Below, in pieces: positions 24,401 to 35,566 of a stretch of 64,000 nucleotides of DNA. This DNA is from Spirogloea muscicola (Eukaryota), in contig WELB01000003.1 in assembly GCA_009602725.1 (NCBI GenBank), positions 635,032 to 699,031 of the forward strand, in the 5' to 3' direction. Position 1 is the stretch's first letter. Each line of letters opens with the position of its first letter. The notes beneath the pieces are model-generated. The model had not been told where the DNA came from. It worked only from the letters and a program-made list of their open reading frames with translations, and ran no database searches. The translations under genes and the position numbers were made by a program.

Positions 24401-27400
24401 CAGCCTGATCAGGTAATTGCCACATTTAAGCTGGCAAGATCTACTTGGAAGCTTCAGCACTGGTGCAGTCAATGTTATGCAATGAGAGAGCATTCAGCAA
24501 CTGTGTCCATGTCAAGATGCTGAACTGATGCTCAAGACTATGTATTTGCTACAGCACTGGCAACAAGTACGCAATTGCGACACGAGGGGACCTGGCATTT
24601 GAAGGCTCATTATTGTGGCTGCTCAAGGTACTACTTGATGACTCAGTTGGTGAAGACGTCATCGCCAGCATGTGCAGGGCCTGTTAGTGACTAACTGCTG
24701 GGCAGGGGCAAAATGCATTTTTATATCATTTAAAGAGCTCTTAAGCATACAGGAAGGCCCTAATGCAGGGCTATCGTGAGTCATTTGAAGCTTGCAAATC
24801 CAAGACTATATGGTGATATGCTCCAGCTCCTTACGATGATGATAGATGTTATCCGATACTACACTATCAACAGGGCATGTGATAGAGCATCGTTGGGTGC
24901 CGTGAAACTTGCTGTGTTCCTGCTTGCTGGAATAAGCATATTTCAGACGCAATTTTGATTTCATTTGCGGGACAGGACTGGATCGACAGGGGCTTCATGA
25001 GAAAATTTTCAGAGTTACCTGACATGGAAGCAAAGCCTAGTCTGAACCTTCCAGTGGCCAGGGCAGCTGGGGAGGGCGTCATGGCTGCCCTGGCTGCGCT
25101 CCCCATGCGTTGTGGTGGCTGCGGAGCGAAGGTCTGGGACCTGGGCACCTCTATCATGCATATCAATACCGTGTGCTCAAGGTCCTCGAAGCAGTACCGC
25201 AATCCTTGGCTCTGAATGACTCTATATATAATATGACTTTACAATCTTACAGGTGGGTGCTACAGTTTTATCAAGGGCACTGGCACGACTGAAGGTCATT
25301 TCTCGGCCTGAGGTGAGGTTGTGCTGCCACTTATGCTCCTTGCTGTCAGACAATAGCCCACATTTGACTGTTAGCAGCTATGGAATGATTGTCCAATTCT
25401 TGCACTTGCTGGGCCCGATCATAAGCAGTCAATAGCAGAAAGCTGGCAAGATCTCACTCTTTGTCTGTGCAATCTGCTTGGATCAATAGCATGCAGTCAT
25501 GGTGGTTTGATTGAGGTGCCTGCATTGTCATGCACCTATAGGTGGTCATTGGACTGGAGTCTCCTGATGATGCGTCTGTTGTGCGACTACCACCTGGCAA
25601 GGTGAAGGTCCTGCACCCTCCACCAAAGAGCATGCATTCCATTCTTTCAGCTTCTTCAAGAGGCAAATTGAATATGAGTGAGTCAGAAGCATACAGATAC
25701 ACATCAACAATGTGTGACGATTGTTGAACTTTGTTCTACTTCCTGATGCACAAGAGGCCATCCATGCATGGCCCACATTATATGAGCTGTGACTGAGCAC
25801 ATTGGCATCTATGAGATGACTGAGCAGGTGATTGTACACACAGTGGATTTCTTTAGATCCTTTGTGGAGGACCCCTATCTCTTTGGAAAAATTGCAGCAA
25901 CGCACGCGCTTGGCGACTGCTATGCCATGGGTGCCGAGCCACTCACAGCACTCGCCATTGCTACAGTGCCCTACAACACTGAGGACAAGGCAAGGTTTCA
26001 ACCTGCTCCCTTGCCTGGCCAAAAGAGTTGATTTGCTGCAGCTGACTTTGCAGGACCGCTGATAGATTTTTGGAATCGGAGGATTTAGAGTATCTTCTTG
26101 ATGAGAGGCAAGTAGATGCGGGTGGCTTCTCTATCAAAGAAGCCCTGCACGACGTAGCCATCCAGGACATTAGTAAAAGGCACCAAATTGGAGCAGGCAA
26201 CCATTGTGGTTATAGTCGTGGTTGTTGCAGAAGTCCCACGCAATCTGGTCAGCTTTAGCTTGTTAGTAGCATGAGCATCAGGCTGAGAATGACCTCATAC
26301 CATTGCAATCGCATCCTTGTCCAGGTGGAAGAGGAGCTGTATCAGGCAATGGCCGGCGCGACGGACGTTCTGAATGCTGCCAGGTGCCAGCTGGTAGGAG
26401 GGCACACTTCTGAAGGAGTGGAGTTGTCCTTGGGCTTCGCAATTAACGGGATGATTGAGGAAAGCTCCTTACTGCGCAAGGTACATTAAGATCCTCCATG
26501 TCTTGTGCAGTCATTGCCCACTTGGGTTTTGCAATCATTTCTGAATGCATCAAGGCCCTACTTGTCGATCTTGTGCATCTCCGTATGTCGGCCTTGAGGG
26601 CCTTGAGGGTTACGTCCTTTGAGACTGGCAGTGAGGTATTTGACCACTCAATTGGCTTCTGATTCTCCTGCAGGGAGGCATGATGGTCGGGGATGTGCTT
26701 ATACTGACCAAGGCCATTGGGACAGGCACCCTTTTTGCTGCTGACATGCGTGCCAAAGCCAAGGTGTGCTCTGAACACCATGGACAAGGCACTGCATCCT
26801 TGTGTTCCCTACTGTTGTACTACGTTTTACTGCTGTCAGAACATGGGGTTGCTTGGGTGCAGCATCCAGTGAATTGGTAGGCACTAGGAATTTGGCCTGA
26901 CTCTGCAATGGGGACAATAGACATCATGCTTTACAAAGTGCTGGTCATTTCAGCATCTAGTGCTTGCTTACAGCATAGCTTGGACAAGCTGATGAGGGGA
27001 CTACATGTATACTGATGCAGGGCTTCTGGATTGAAGTGGCACTTCGCTCAATGTTACTTCCCAACAAGGTGCACATGCAATTACAAACTGTGCCGTTGTA
27101 TAATAGTAACTCATCTCTTGGAGGTTGCTCCTGATTGCTCATCGTAATGCCGTGTGCGCACCTCTCAGATGCTTGTGTCATCTATTTCTTTCATTGGCAG
27201 GTGGCAGCAGAGATCCTTGGCACATCTAGTGCCACAGCCTGCACAGATGTTACAGGCTTTGGCCTCCTCGGTGAGTGCAGCAATTGATGTTGACTTTCAT
27301 GGATCACAGGTCCTTGTGAGGTCTAGATGAGGCATGGGGACATCAGAGTGTCAATGCTCAGGTGGAACCAGATAGGCCGTGGCTGAAAGACATTCTAGTT

Positions 27401-28534
27401 CATGACGTTGCAATGCAAAGCTTTTAGTATGTCTGTGCTTCTGTGCCGATTGATAAGAATGCACTATGTCAGAGGTAGCTACGACTTATATCTGAAGGTA
27501 CATCATGTTGTGAATCTGCTGGACATAGGAAGAATTTAATGACTGCACTACCTCGTTGAATGCTTGCCTTACCCTGCGGCAATGTAGGGCACCTGGTGGA
27601 AATGGTGAAGGCCTCTGGCATCCATGTATATCTTGACCTTGCTGCAATCCCAATATTGGTGAATAGCCCCAACGACATTTATAGCCTCTTCACTATGTTC
27701 GTGAACAAAGATCCACAGGTCTTCATTGTCAGTGAACGGCATCGCCATTGGCTATTCCAGTGTACGCGGGAGGTACATGAACCACAAGGTCTCAGGAAGA
27801 CAATGATCTGAGCTGACAGCAGTACTTCCTTTGGCAGGAAGGAGCAGAGGAGTGCGTGGGGGCTGGACTCCTCAGCTCGCTTCAGCCCAGCAATTTGCAG
27901 CTGAGACGCTCAATACAGAACCTTGACGAGGTAGTCTACTAAGCAAACCTTGAATGCGCCGCTGCTGAGAAGCGGCTATTATCACTATGAATGACACCGT
28001 AGACTCTTACACCAATACTTCAAATACCATTCTGTATTCAGCCCTGAGACTGACCTGAGTTGCACTACTTGATTCCAGGCAAACAAGGATCCACGATTCC
28101 CGCTCTTATTTGATCCACAGACCGCCGGGGGCCTCCTGGCCTCAGTGCCTGCTGGCCGTGCTCAGGACTGCATCCACCAGCTTCGCCACGCTGGATACCC
28201 CTCCGCGTCAATCATCGGGCAGGTTTGAGTCTCTTATGAGCCCTGGCGGCTTCTGTGGACTCGTTGAGTGAGATACTAGGCCTTGAGATAGGTGGCGGAG
28301 GCCACCAAATCAGCTCGACCGACTACAGTACCAATTATCAACCCTCTGAATGGGCCACAGTACCTGCCTTATCTCTGCTTATTGCAGCTCGCCATGTCCA
28401 CTGTTTGCTCAGCAAGTCTTTGAGCCCTGTGCATGCAGGTGGTGAGTGCGGGCGCCAGTGATGCCCCCATCTTTGTACAGTATCTCAGACAACCCCAGGG
28501 AGCTATAGTTGGCAACTACAGCAAGTCTGACTAG
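21437..28534 (+). CDS. selD: Selenide,water dikinase (selenophosphate synthetase) fused to an N-terminal pyridine-nucleotide-disulfide/NADH-dehydrogenase-like domain
   Basis: About 20 exons: [53 protein letters not shown], then [10 protein letters not shown] (25105), [67 protein letters not shown]. Confidence 0.93.
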
Positions 28535-29199
28535 CCACCAGTTAGATCTGAGCACCACTGCCAGCACTCTCCTCAAGTCCGCAACAACAAAAACTCCTGC
28601 AGCTAAGCTGCGAGGTGGGTCTCAACTTCTTCTCTGGAACAATTGGGTAAATATGGTGGCAGGCAATGCAGTAGCATATAGGACAGTATGAGGACGGTAG
28701 GGTCTGTACAGAATGGGATTTTCTGCCGTTTCCATCCTCGGCAGTGATGCATGAATTCACAAAAAGGCTTTGACAGTCTCCTGCATTGCTTGCTCCAGTA
28801 CGCATTGTGTACACATCAAACAACAGGATCATTGATGCGGCACTGATGGTGGAGCATGAGTTGCTAGAGCAGAGAGTGGTAAAGGATTGCTGCTGTGACA
28901 TGGCTCGTGTTGTTCACTTCAGAGGATTGCACGTGCTAACAGATTGCATACACACCACAGGTAGACTGCATGGACAGGCGCAAGCAGTGGTAGTCTGTCT
29001 GAGCTCTGGCTCCGAGCTCGCGATTAGCAAGCTCTACATTAAGTTGCTTGCATGGCTTAATAGCCTTGAGCAGCACTGTCATGTTGATGCAGGGCGAATG
29101 AGTTGGTAGCTCTGTGCCTAGGACGTTTCTGACTTTTTGCCTGCTTCAGTGCAATCTACAGTTGATTCTTTGGTTGCACCTGGTAGTGCACATTACGTC

Positions 29200-30910
29200 A
29201 AGGTGTCTCGTTTGCAGCTGCAAGTTACTCCGACTTGCTGCTGCTAACTCGGGGTCAGTAAGCTCCCCTCCGCTGTAGTCTCGTGTATAGCTGTGTGGTT
29301 TAGGCGCCTTTCGGCACGTTGGACCTTGTCCATTCTTTTTGGGCTGGCCTTTCCCAGCCACCTTCTTAAATTGGGCGAGTTTCTTCTTTTGGGCCTTGTC
29401 CACTTTTTCCAATATTTAGGTTCAGGATTAAGGGTTCAAAAATTTTCCTTGCCTCTTTTGGCTGTGTGCTTCAGAGCTTTCTTTGGGCTGGCCTATCACA
29501 GCCACTGCTGTCAATCTGGAAGAGCAGTTTCTTAGCGCTTTCTGGCCCCTTCGACCATTGTTTGTTTTCTAGGCTGGCCAATCACAGCCTTTACTGGAAG
29601 AGTCTCTCTTCCTTGTACATACATTTGGACTGGCATCTCACATTGCCGTAAGTTGAAGAGCTGTTCCTTTTGGTAGAGCTGCTCCTTCCGACGGCATCCA
29701 CTCCGACTGTGCCTGGCTGGGCGACAAACCATGCGGAAAGAAAGGAAGATAAGAAAGCAGAAACAGCTCCAGTGTAAGGCAATGGCTGTGAGAATCAAGC
29801 TCATCAAGAGGGCTGTAACAGGCCAGCCTGGAAAGCATGGACAAGATCCAAAGGGGCCGGAAAGCGTGAAACACACAACTAAGCAAGCACCACGAAGGAA
29901 GGTCACTAAGTAACCTTTGGAAGCAGCCGCAAGTCAGAAGACTAGCTGCCGGAAGAAGTACAGCGCTTCCAAATTGACTGGTGGCTGTAAGAGGCCAGCC
30001 CAAACGAATGTACAAGGTCAACGCCGGAAAGCAGTTCCCTTCACGTTAGCCAGAGGCGGCAGCTAGAATGGCCAGCTCCCAGGCGCAAGGCATGTGCCAA
30101 GGACCGCTAAAGAGAAATAGTCAGGAGCATACGAAACACCCGCGCTAGCGAGTCAGCAGCGCTAGCGAGTCAGCGTCCTCGCCCCGCCTGCGGGACAGCG
30201 TGGATGCCTGGTCAAAAGCTCCAGCCACTGAGACCCATAAGCCCGTGCACATCGATGACCAGCGGAGCGAAGTCGTGTCATTCCGGATGTGAGTGGCCAG
30301 CCCAAAGTAGCGTACAAGGTCTAGACAGAAAAAAGCTTCTTGATTTTAGCGCAAAGAAAAAAGGAATGCGGCTGTTGATGTTGATAAAGAGCCGCTGTGA
30401 AAGCCAGCCAGATGCATACAGGTGTTCATGACGGAGCTACAGGCTAGGCAGCCAGGGCGCTCTTAGTACCCCCCTGTCGGCAGTAGGAAGTCAGATGAGC
30501 TGAGAGGAGGGAGAGCAACCCCGCTGCGAAAAGCGGAGGCTGCTGCAAGGGCGCGACTGGCCCGGCGATGCAAACAAGCGCCTGGGACGGCTGTAGGGAC
30601 ATAGATAACCGCATGCGGTAGCAGGACACAGGACCCGAAGGCACCGAGCCTCCAGGAAGTGCTGCACAACGCCGGGTGGTGGTCCTTTGTTAGCACTCCA
30701 ACTCCTTCAGACCTTGTCCATTCTTTTGGGCTGGCCTCTCCCAGCCACCAGTTAATCTGGCCGCGCTTGCTTTGTACTTGTGCAGAAAGGAGCGGCACTA
30801 CCCCAGGGAACCAATTTTAGCCGTGCGCATGTACATGTACAAGTAGGGCGCTCCAGAAAACTCTGGTAGAGATATATGTGCTCACTCGCGGGTACTGAGA
30901 GTCCCCCTCA
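29200..30910. mobile_element. Cluster of retrotransposon 3'-end relics
   Basis: SYSDLLLLTRG (+, ~29220-29260); hairpins at 29341, 29486 and 29572; minus YRMRLSMSLQPSQAL...SDFLLPTGGY* at 30463-30625; lineage-C tail at 30693-30770; LTRGY* at 30880-30898. Confidence 0.7.
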
Positions 30911-31555
30911 GGTGTGCCGTTTCGGATGTGCTCATGCAAATATCTCTTATCGTTGTGTAACTGTTGAATTGGGCTCGGCTAGCTGGTGAATTCATACACC
31001 TGGCAGTGTGGTACTTGACATGAGAAAGCAATCATAAGCGCAACTATCTGAGGCACAGTTCCTTCTTTACGCCCTCGCCCCCATTGGCCTTCTCCTCAAG
31101 GACACGGTGAATTGTGAGCAGCCTCATGCACCCCCTAGTCTTCAAGGTGGTTGGCCAAATCCAGAAGGCCCGGGGCAAGTCAGAAGGTTGCAACTTGTGT
31201 AACGGTCATCAGAGCTGGACAGCTTCAGCAGCTGGAAAATTGTGTATCGAGTCATCAAGTAGGTAGAACATGGACACCTTTCAGGCGGCTTAAGCAAAGC
31301 CTGTTGCAAGTCTCGAAATGCCAATCAACAGTAACACATCACCCATTCTTTAAGGTCCACCTATACACAGCCATACATATACACAGCAATATCTGAATCT
31401 TAATCGATAACAATCTGATCCAGGTCCTCAGATAAGCAAGCACGCTTGCACGTGCATGCTTGACAGAAGCAAGTGAAGACAAGGTACTTGGAGACACGAG
31501 CCAGATTGCAGAGCTGTCCACAAGTACACTACCAGTCTCGTATAGCAAGAAATAC

Positions 31556-31808
31556 CTTCTCAGTGAGCTTCTTCAGCTGCTGTTCCTTTTGATACTTCTG
31601 CCGGGCCTCATCACGCAGTTCATAAGAGTCAATGACTCTGGAATAAGCTGCTGCGTCGTACCCATTCCATCTATCTCTCTTTCCCTCAAAATTGAGCTCA
31701 AATTGCTCAAGCTTCTCATCAGGAGCAATGTGCTTGTTGGTGTGCTTCGCATCCACCTTCCTTGGCCTCTCCATGCAACCCTTCACATCGTGTGTCAAGG
31801 CGCCGCAG
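31556..31808 (-). pseudogene. SLU7: Isolated exon of pre-mRNA splicing factor SLU7 (gene fragment)
   Basis: CGALTHDVKGCMERPRKVDAK...IAPDEK...GKRDRWNGYD matches the SLU7 zinc-knuckle region. Flanked by an AG acceptor and GT donor; no other SLU7 exons recognisable nearby. Confidence 0.8.
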
Positions 31809-32008
31809 CTAGTATGGGCCAAGAAGGACAGAAGTAAGGTGACATGAGAAGAACACAAGTTTCTGAGAAATACACAGAAAAATACATCACGTGATCCTGC
31901 TTGACACCTTGCTATGAGACCTAAATATCATGTCACCTTACTTCTGTCCTCCTTGGCCCATACTAGCTGCGGCGCCATGACACACGATGTGAAGGTTGCA
32001 TGGAGAGG
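31766..32008. repeat. Inverted repeat, ~82-bp arms (31766-31847 / 31928-32008), 80-nt spacer
   Basis: Arms are reverse complements with 2 substitutions and 1 indel by manual comparison. Confidence 0.9.
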
Positions 32009-32464
32009 TCCATTCGACATGAGAATGACATTCCCTAGCAATCGACACTGTATGGCACGACATAGGGTCGCGAGAGCGGCATCTCCAACCCGCTTCGGTC
32101 TGAAATTATACATTTCAATCCGGCTCGGCGTCGGAGCACCATCAGATCCGGCGCCAGCGCCTCGCCCATTGATCAACGGTGCGTAGGCTCATCCGCCGCC
32201 CGTGGAACCAGTGCCTCGGCGTGCAGCGCATTGTCCTCTTGCCGCCTGCACCACACAAAGCCCCTGATTTATTAGGCCGAGAAAGCTCACGAAAGCACGT
32301 CGAAGGCGCGATATGCCTCGATGAGCCGTGAGGCACCGGCTGGGCAATGGGTAGGTAGTGGTAGCAGCGAGTCTCGGGCAACACTGCCCTTGAGGTCGGG
32401 GACCCAAATGGGCCAAATGGCCCACCCCAACAAACAATGTCTTTCTTTCTCTGACCAAGCATAA

Positions 32465-32725
32465 CGGAATTTCGTGTATCTGAAACAAACGGAGGCCAAA
32501 TGGCCAAGTACAAAGGCAAGCACATCTTGAGACCTACATATACTACAGTAGATTGACCCGCTCAGTAACCACGGGTCAAAACATAAAGGTCGCTAACCGA
32601 TGCCTGAATACTAGATGGCAGATACGAAGCTCTTCTGCCACCAACTAGAGCTCGCCCAGCTTTCTGGTGCGAAGCATTAGCCTGAGCACGCTGCAAACAG
32701 GCCGAAACTCGTCGTCGCAGAAAGG
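32465..32725 (-). mobile_element. 5'-truncated 3' end of RLE-type retrotransposon (lineage B)
   Basis: FLRRRVSACLQRAQANASHQKAGRAL...SDLYVLTRGY* plus 3' UTR; inverted copy at 12175-12335 and related tails at ~44845-44897 and ~57968-58023. Confidence 0.72.
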
Positions 32726-34075
32726 GTGTGGAGGGCCGGGGGCCGAGCAGTTCGCTCGGTTCAGTCTCTCCCTTTCGCTGTCGCCAACCTTTGCCGCCGC
32801 CGCTGCCGCTGCCGCTGCCGCTGCCGCCGCCGCCGCTGCTGTTGCTGCTGCCCAGTAAGCGTAGCGCGCGCGTCAAGGCCCACGCCAAGAAGCCGTGGGC
32901 ACAGGCACAGGACGCAAACCCGCAGAGAGCCTTACCCCGAGGAGCCCCGCATCCGGTCGAGTCAGACCGGGCGCACACTTGATAAGCCGCGAATACCGCG
33001 ACCTTGTGCGACCTCCAAGCCTAACCTTGGTTGTTAGGAAAGTTCTCAACGTGTCTGCACGAGCGATTCTCATGGTGTGACTGCACTTTACGAGCATCCT
33101 GAGGTTGCTTGTTTGCATCTTGCCTTTGTTATTGCGTTTCGTGGGAGTTTGTCCTTCGGACATTTTCCGGCACGGACCGGTTACCTGGGTTAGTGCCTGA
33201 AACGTCGCTATTACTGTCACTACATTGATCCAAGGTTACTGTTCTATTCTTCGATCCATTACTGTTTCTTTTGAAACCCTCTCTGAGGGTACTATTGGGC
33301 TCGTTCCTGTCTCTTGTTCACATACTTTGCTTGTAAAGTGTCCTTCGACTTGTTTACTGAACATTTTTATTCCCAACATTTCAATCAAAACATTTCAGGG
33401 AAACTGGTGGCGGGAAACTGTCCCCATCCTTTGCAACAGCTATTTGCCTGAACACTGTATTGGCTTGATGGGGCCTCCCTCTCACTCCATGCGCACCGCA
33501 CGCCTTCTCTATTCTCTCCTCATTCAAACAAACAGCCCAACAGAGCCACCGACAGAGCCACTTCCCTCACCGACAGAGCCACCCTAATTCCCACACCCAG
33601 CACCGCGGGGAGCAGCACGCTGTCGGGCGGCCCTTCACACCTCATCGACAAACGACAGTTTCCCGCCACCGCAAGGGCCCCACCGGGAGCCCCCCACTTC
33701 ACCTTAAGCGCCACGTAAATCCTGATCTTTCCCTTTTGGTACTAATGTGGGTACTGTCACCCTGTCACCTTATGTCCCTCCGTTATTTGGGCCTTTCTAA
33801 CCATTGTCAACTCTTTTCGGGCTGGCTTCTCACAGCCCTTGCCCTCATTGGGAGAGCCACCTTTGTGACCTTGGGCACCTTAGTTTAGGTCTCCAAATTA
33901 TGTAGCCTGGTTAAGTATAAACTGGACTCTGCCTGGACAATGTGTTGGCTTGAATTGGCCTCCCTTTCATTTCATGCGCTCCGCGCGCCTTCCTTCTCTT
34001 TCGGCTGCCATCTCCATTTACCACCTCCTTCTGGACAACCATTTGTCCTCTCTTCATCTTAGATCTCAGAAGAAG

Positions 34076-35148
34076 GGCTCGCCCATTGAGGATAGGGGCT
34101 GGAAAAAGCCAGCCCAGAAAAGAATGAACAAAGGAGGAGAAGGGGCCAGGGGAAGCACTAAAAGAAAACAAGCACAGAAAGAAATTAAGCAGCTACGAAG
34201 CACTCAGTCACCCCTGCTAAGCAGCCTCAGGTCGGAGAAGCTGGGTTCCTGGAAGCGGGTCCCCTGGCCAAAGCCAGAGGCAGCAGCGAGGGCTCTTCCG
34301 GCACGCAGGTGCAACATGCGGGCCATAGACCTCTGCAGCGGAGACGGCCAAGCGCATGCGGTACACCAGCGCCAGCGACCCGGCTGCATGGAAGTCCACC
34401 GGCTCCCCATGGAAGCGGCGGACGATGGCGTGACGGGAGAGCTGGTTGAGCAGCTCGAGCCACCGAGCGCCCAACTCCCCGTGCGTGTCACTGGCGAGCG
34501 GGAACAACTCGTCTTCCCGCGGGTGATCTGCGTATTTGAGCTCCTTGGCCCGAGCGGCGCAGGCTACCGCATACCCAGCACACTGGGCAGGGTGTGAGCG
34601 GTCATAGGGGTCAGTGGTTACCACGTCAAGGATAAGACGTGGCCCGCCTGCTGGTGGGGTGGCCACCAGGTCGACGCGACGAGCGTGGAGACCGTCGGCC
34701 AGTTGCTGGAGCGGCATGACGTCGGAGTTCTTGGCTGCCACCGAGAAGCCAGCCTCCACAAGGATGCCATGTATCGCATCCCCGAGGCGGTCGTGGGTCG
34801 CTGTCTGCTCTCCGCCACGGGAAGAGCGCATAACATGGGCGGCCAGCTCCCCAGGCTCGGCCCCTCGCTCGCCACATTCGCATTGACGCACACCCTGGAG
34901 TCATGGCGGCGGCAGGCGCAGGAGCCGGTGGACGGCACTGCGAAATACCTCGTCCGGGAGGGTGAGGGCGTCGTTGAGGGGGAGGGCCTGGAGCCACGCC
35001 GCTGCCCCCGGGGAAGAGGCCGAGTGGAGGTCGTGCGCGCCCGCGCAGGTCGGCCTCTGGGAGCTGCTGCGAGGCGGTGGTGAAGGCCGCCTTGTCCATC
35101 CTGCGAGAAGCGCGCTTGGACGCGCAGGTCGGCGGTGTGCGCGAGGTG
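34076..35148 (-). mobile_element. 5'-truncated non-LTR retrotransposon with zinc knuckle and restriction-like endonuclease (CRE-like), with 11-bp TSD
   Basis: Degenerate ORF: RAR...AAAWLQALP...FRSAV..LLRLP, CECG...H...GG....HD, RVDL...LILDVVTTDP...AKELKY...FPLASDTHGELG...RLAVSLQR...SDLRLLSRGD*. Has frameshifts/stop. CTCAGAAGAAG at 34065-34075 and 35149-35159. Confidence 0.88.
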
Positions 35149-35159
35149 CTCAGAAGAAG

Positions 35160-35350
35160 TGGCTCTCCCAATGGGGGCAAGGGCTGTGAGAAGCCAGCCC
35201 GAAAAGAATTGACAAGGTTCGAAGGGGCCAAAGTACGAGCTAAGCAGCGACTGCGGGGCCTGAAGAGGTTATGGCAGAACGGGGGAGGATGGACCGCTTA
35301 GTAGTTACGAGTGAGGAGCCTCACATCCGACAGACTAGCTGCCGGTAAAC
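35160..35350 (-). mobile_element. Short 3' end of a related element (ASLSDVRLLTRNY* plus hairpin UTR), head-to-tail with the 1.07-kb copy
   Basis: Similar copies at 38068-38280, 45789-45960 and 46155-46335. Confidence 0.75.
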
Positions 35351-35566
35351 TATCCCCCTGACGAAAGGAGACGGCCTTTCTCTCAGAGGAGACGGCCTTT
35401 CTCTCTCGTTGGTGCATGCACACATGCCTTCTTGTGAAAGGCGCGCGCGGTTCGTATGAAACGAAAGGGAGGCCAATTTAAGCCAACACGCGGACAATGC
35501 ATCGGCCTGCTTTGGCCGCCCGTTTAGTTCATGCGCGCGCCGTCTCCCCTAGCGGCGGGCCACCGG

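Noticed and set aside
25105..25131. Possible selenocysteine at the SelD active site
   Set aside because: Codons are TGT and TGC (Cys), not TGA.
26070..26258. Protein-like ORF inside a SelD intron
   Set aside because: Flanking SelD exons join in frame without it (EDK|VEEEL); no recognisable motif.
28786..29109. 107-aa ORF downstream of SelD
   Set aside because: Non-ATG start and no recognisable family or splice structure.
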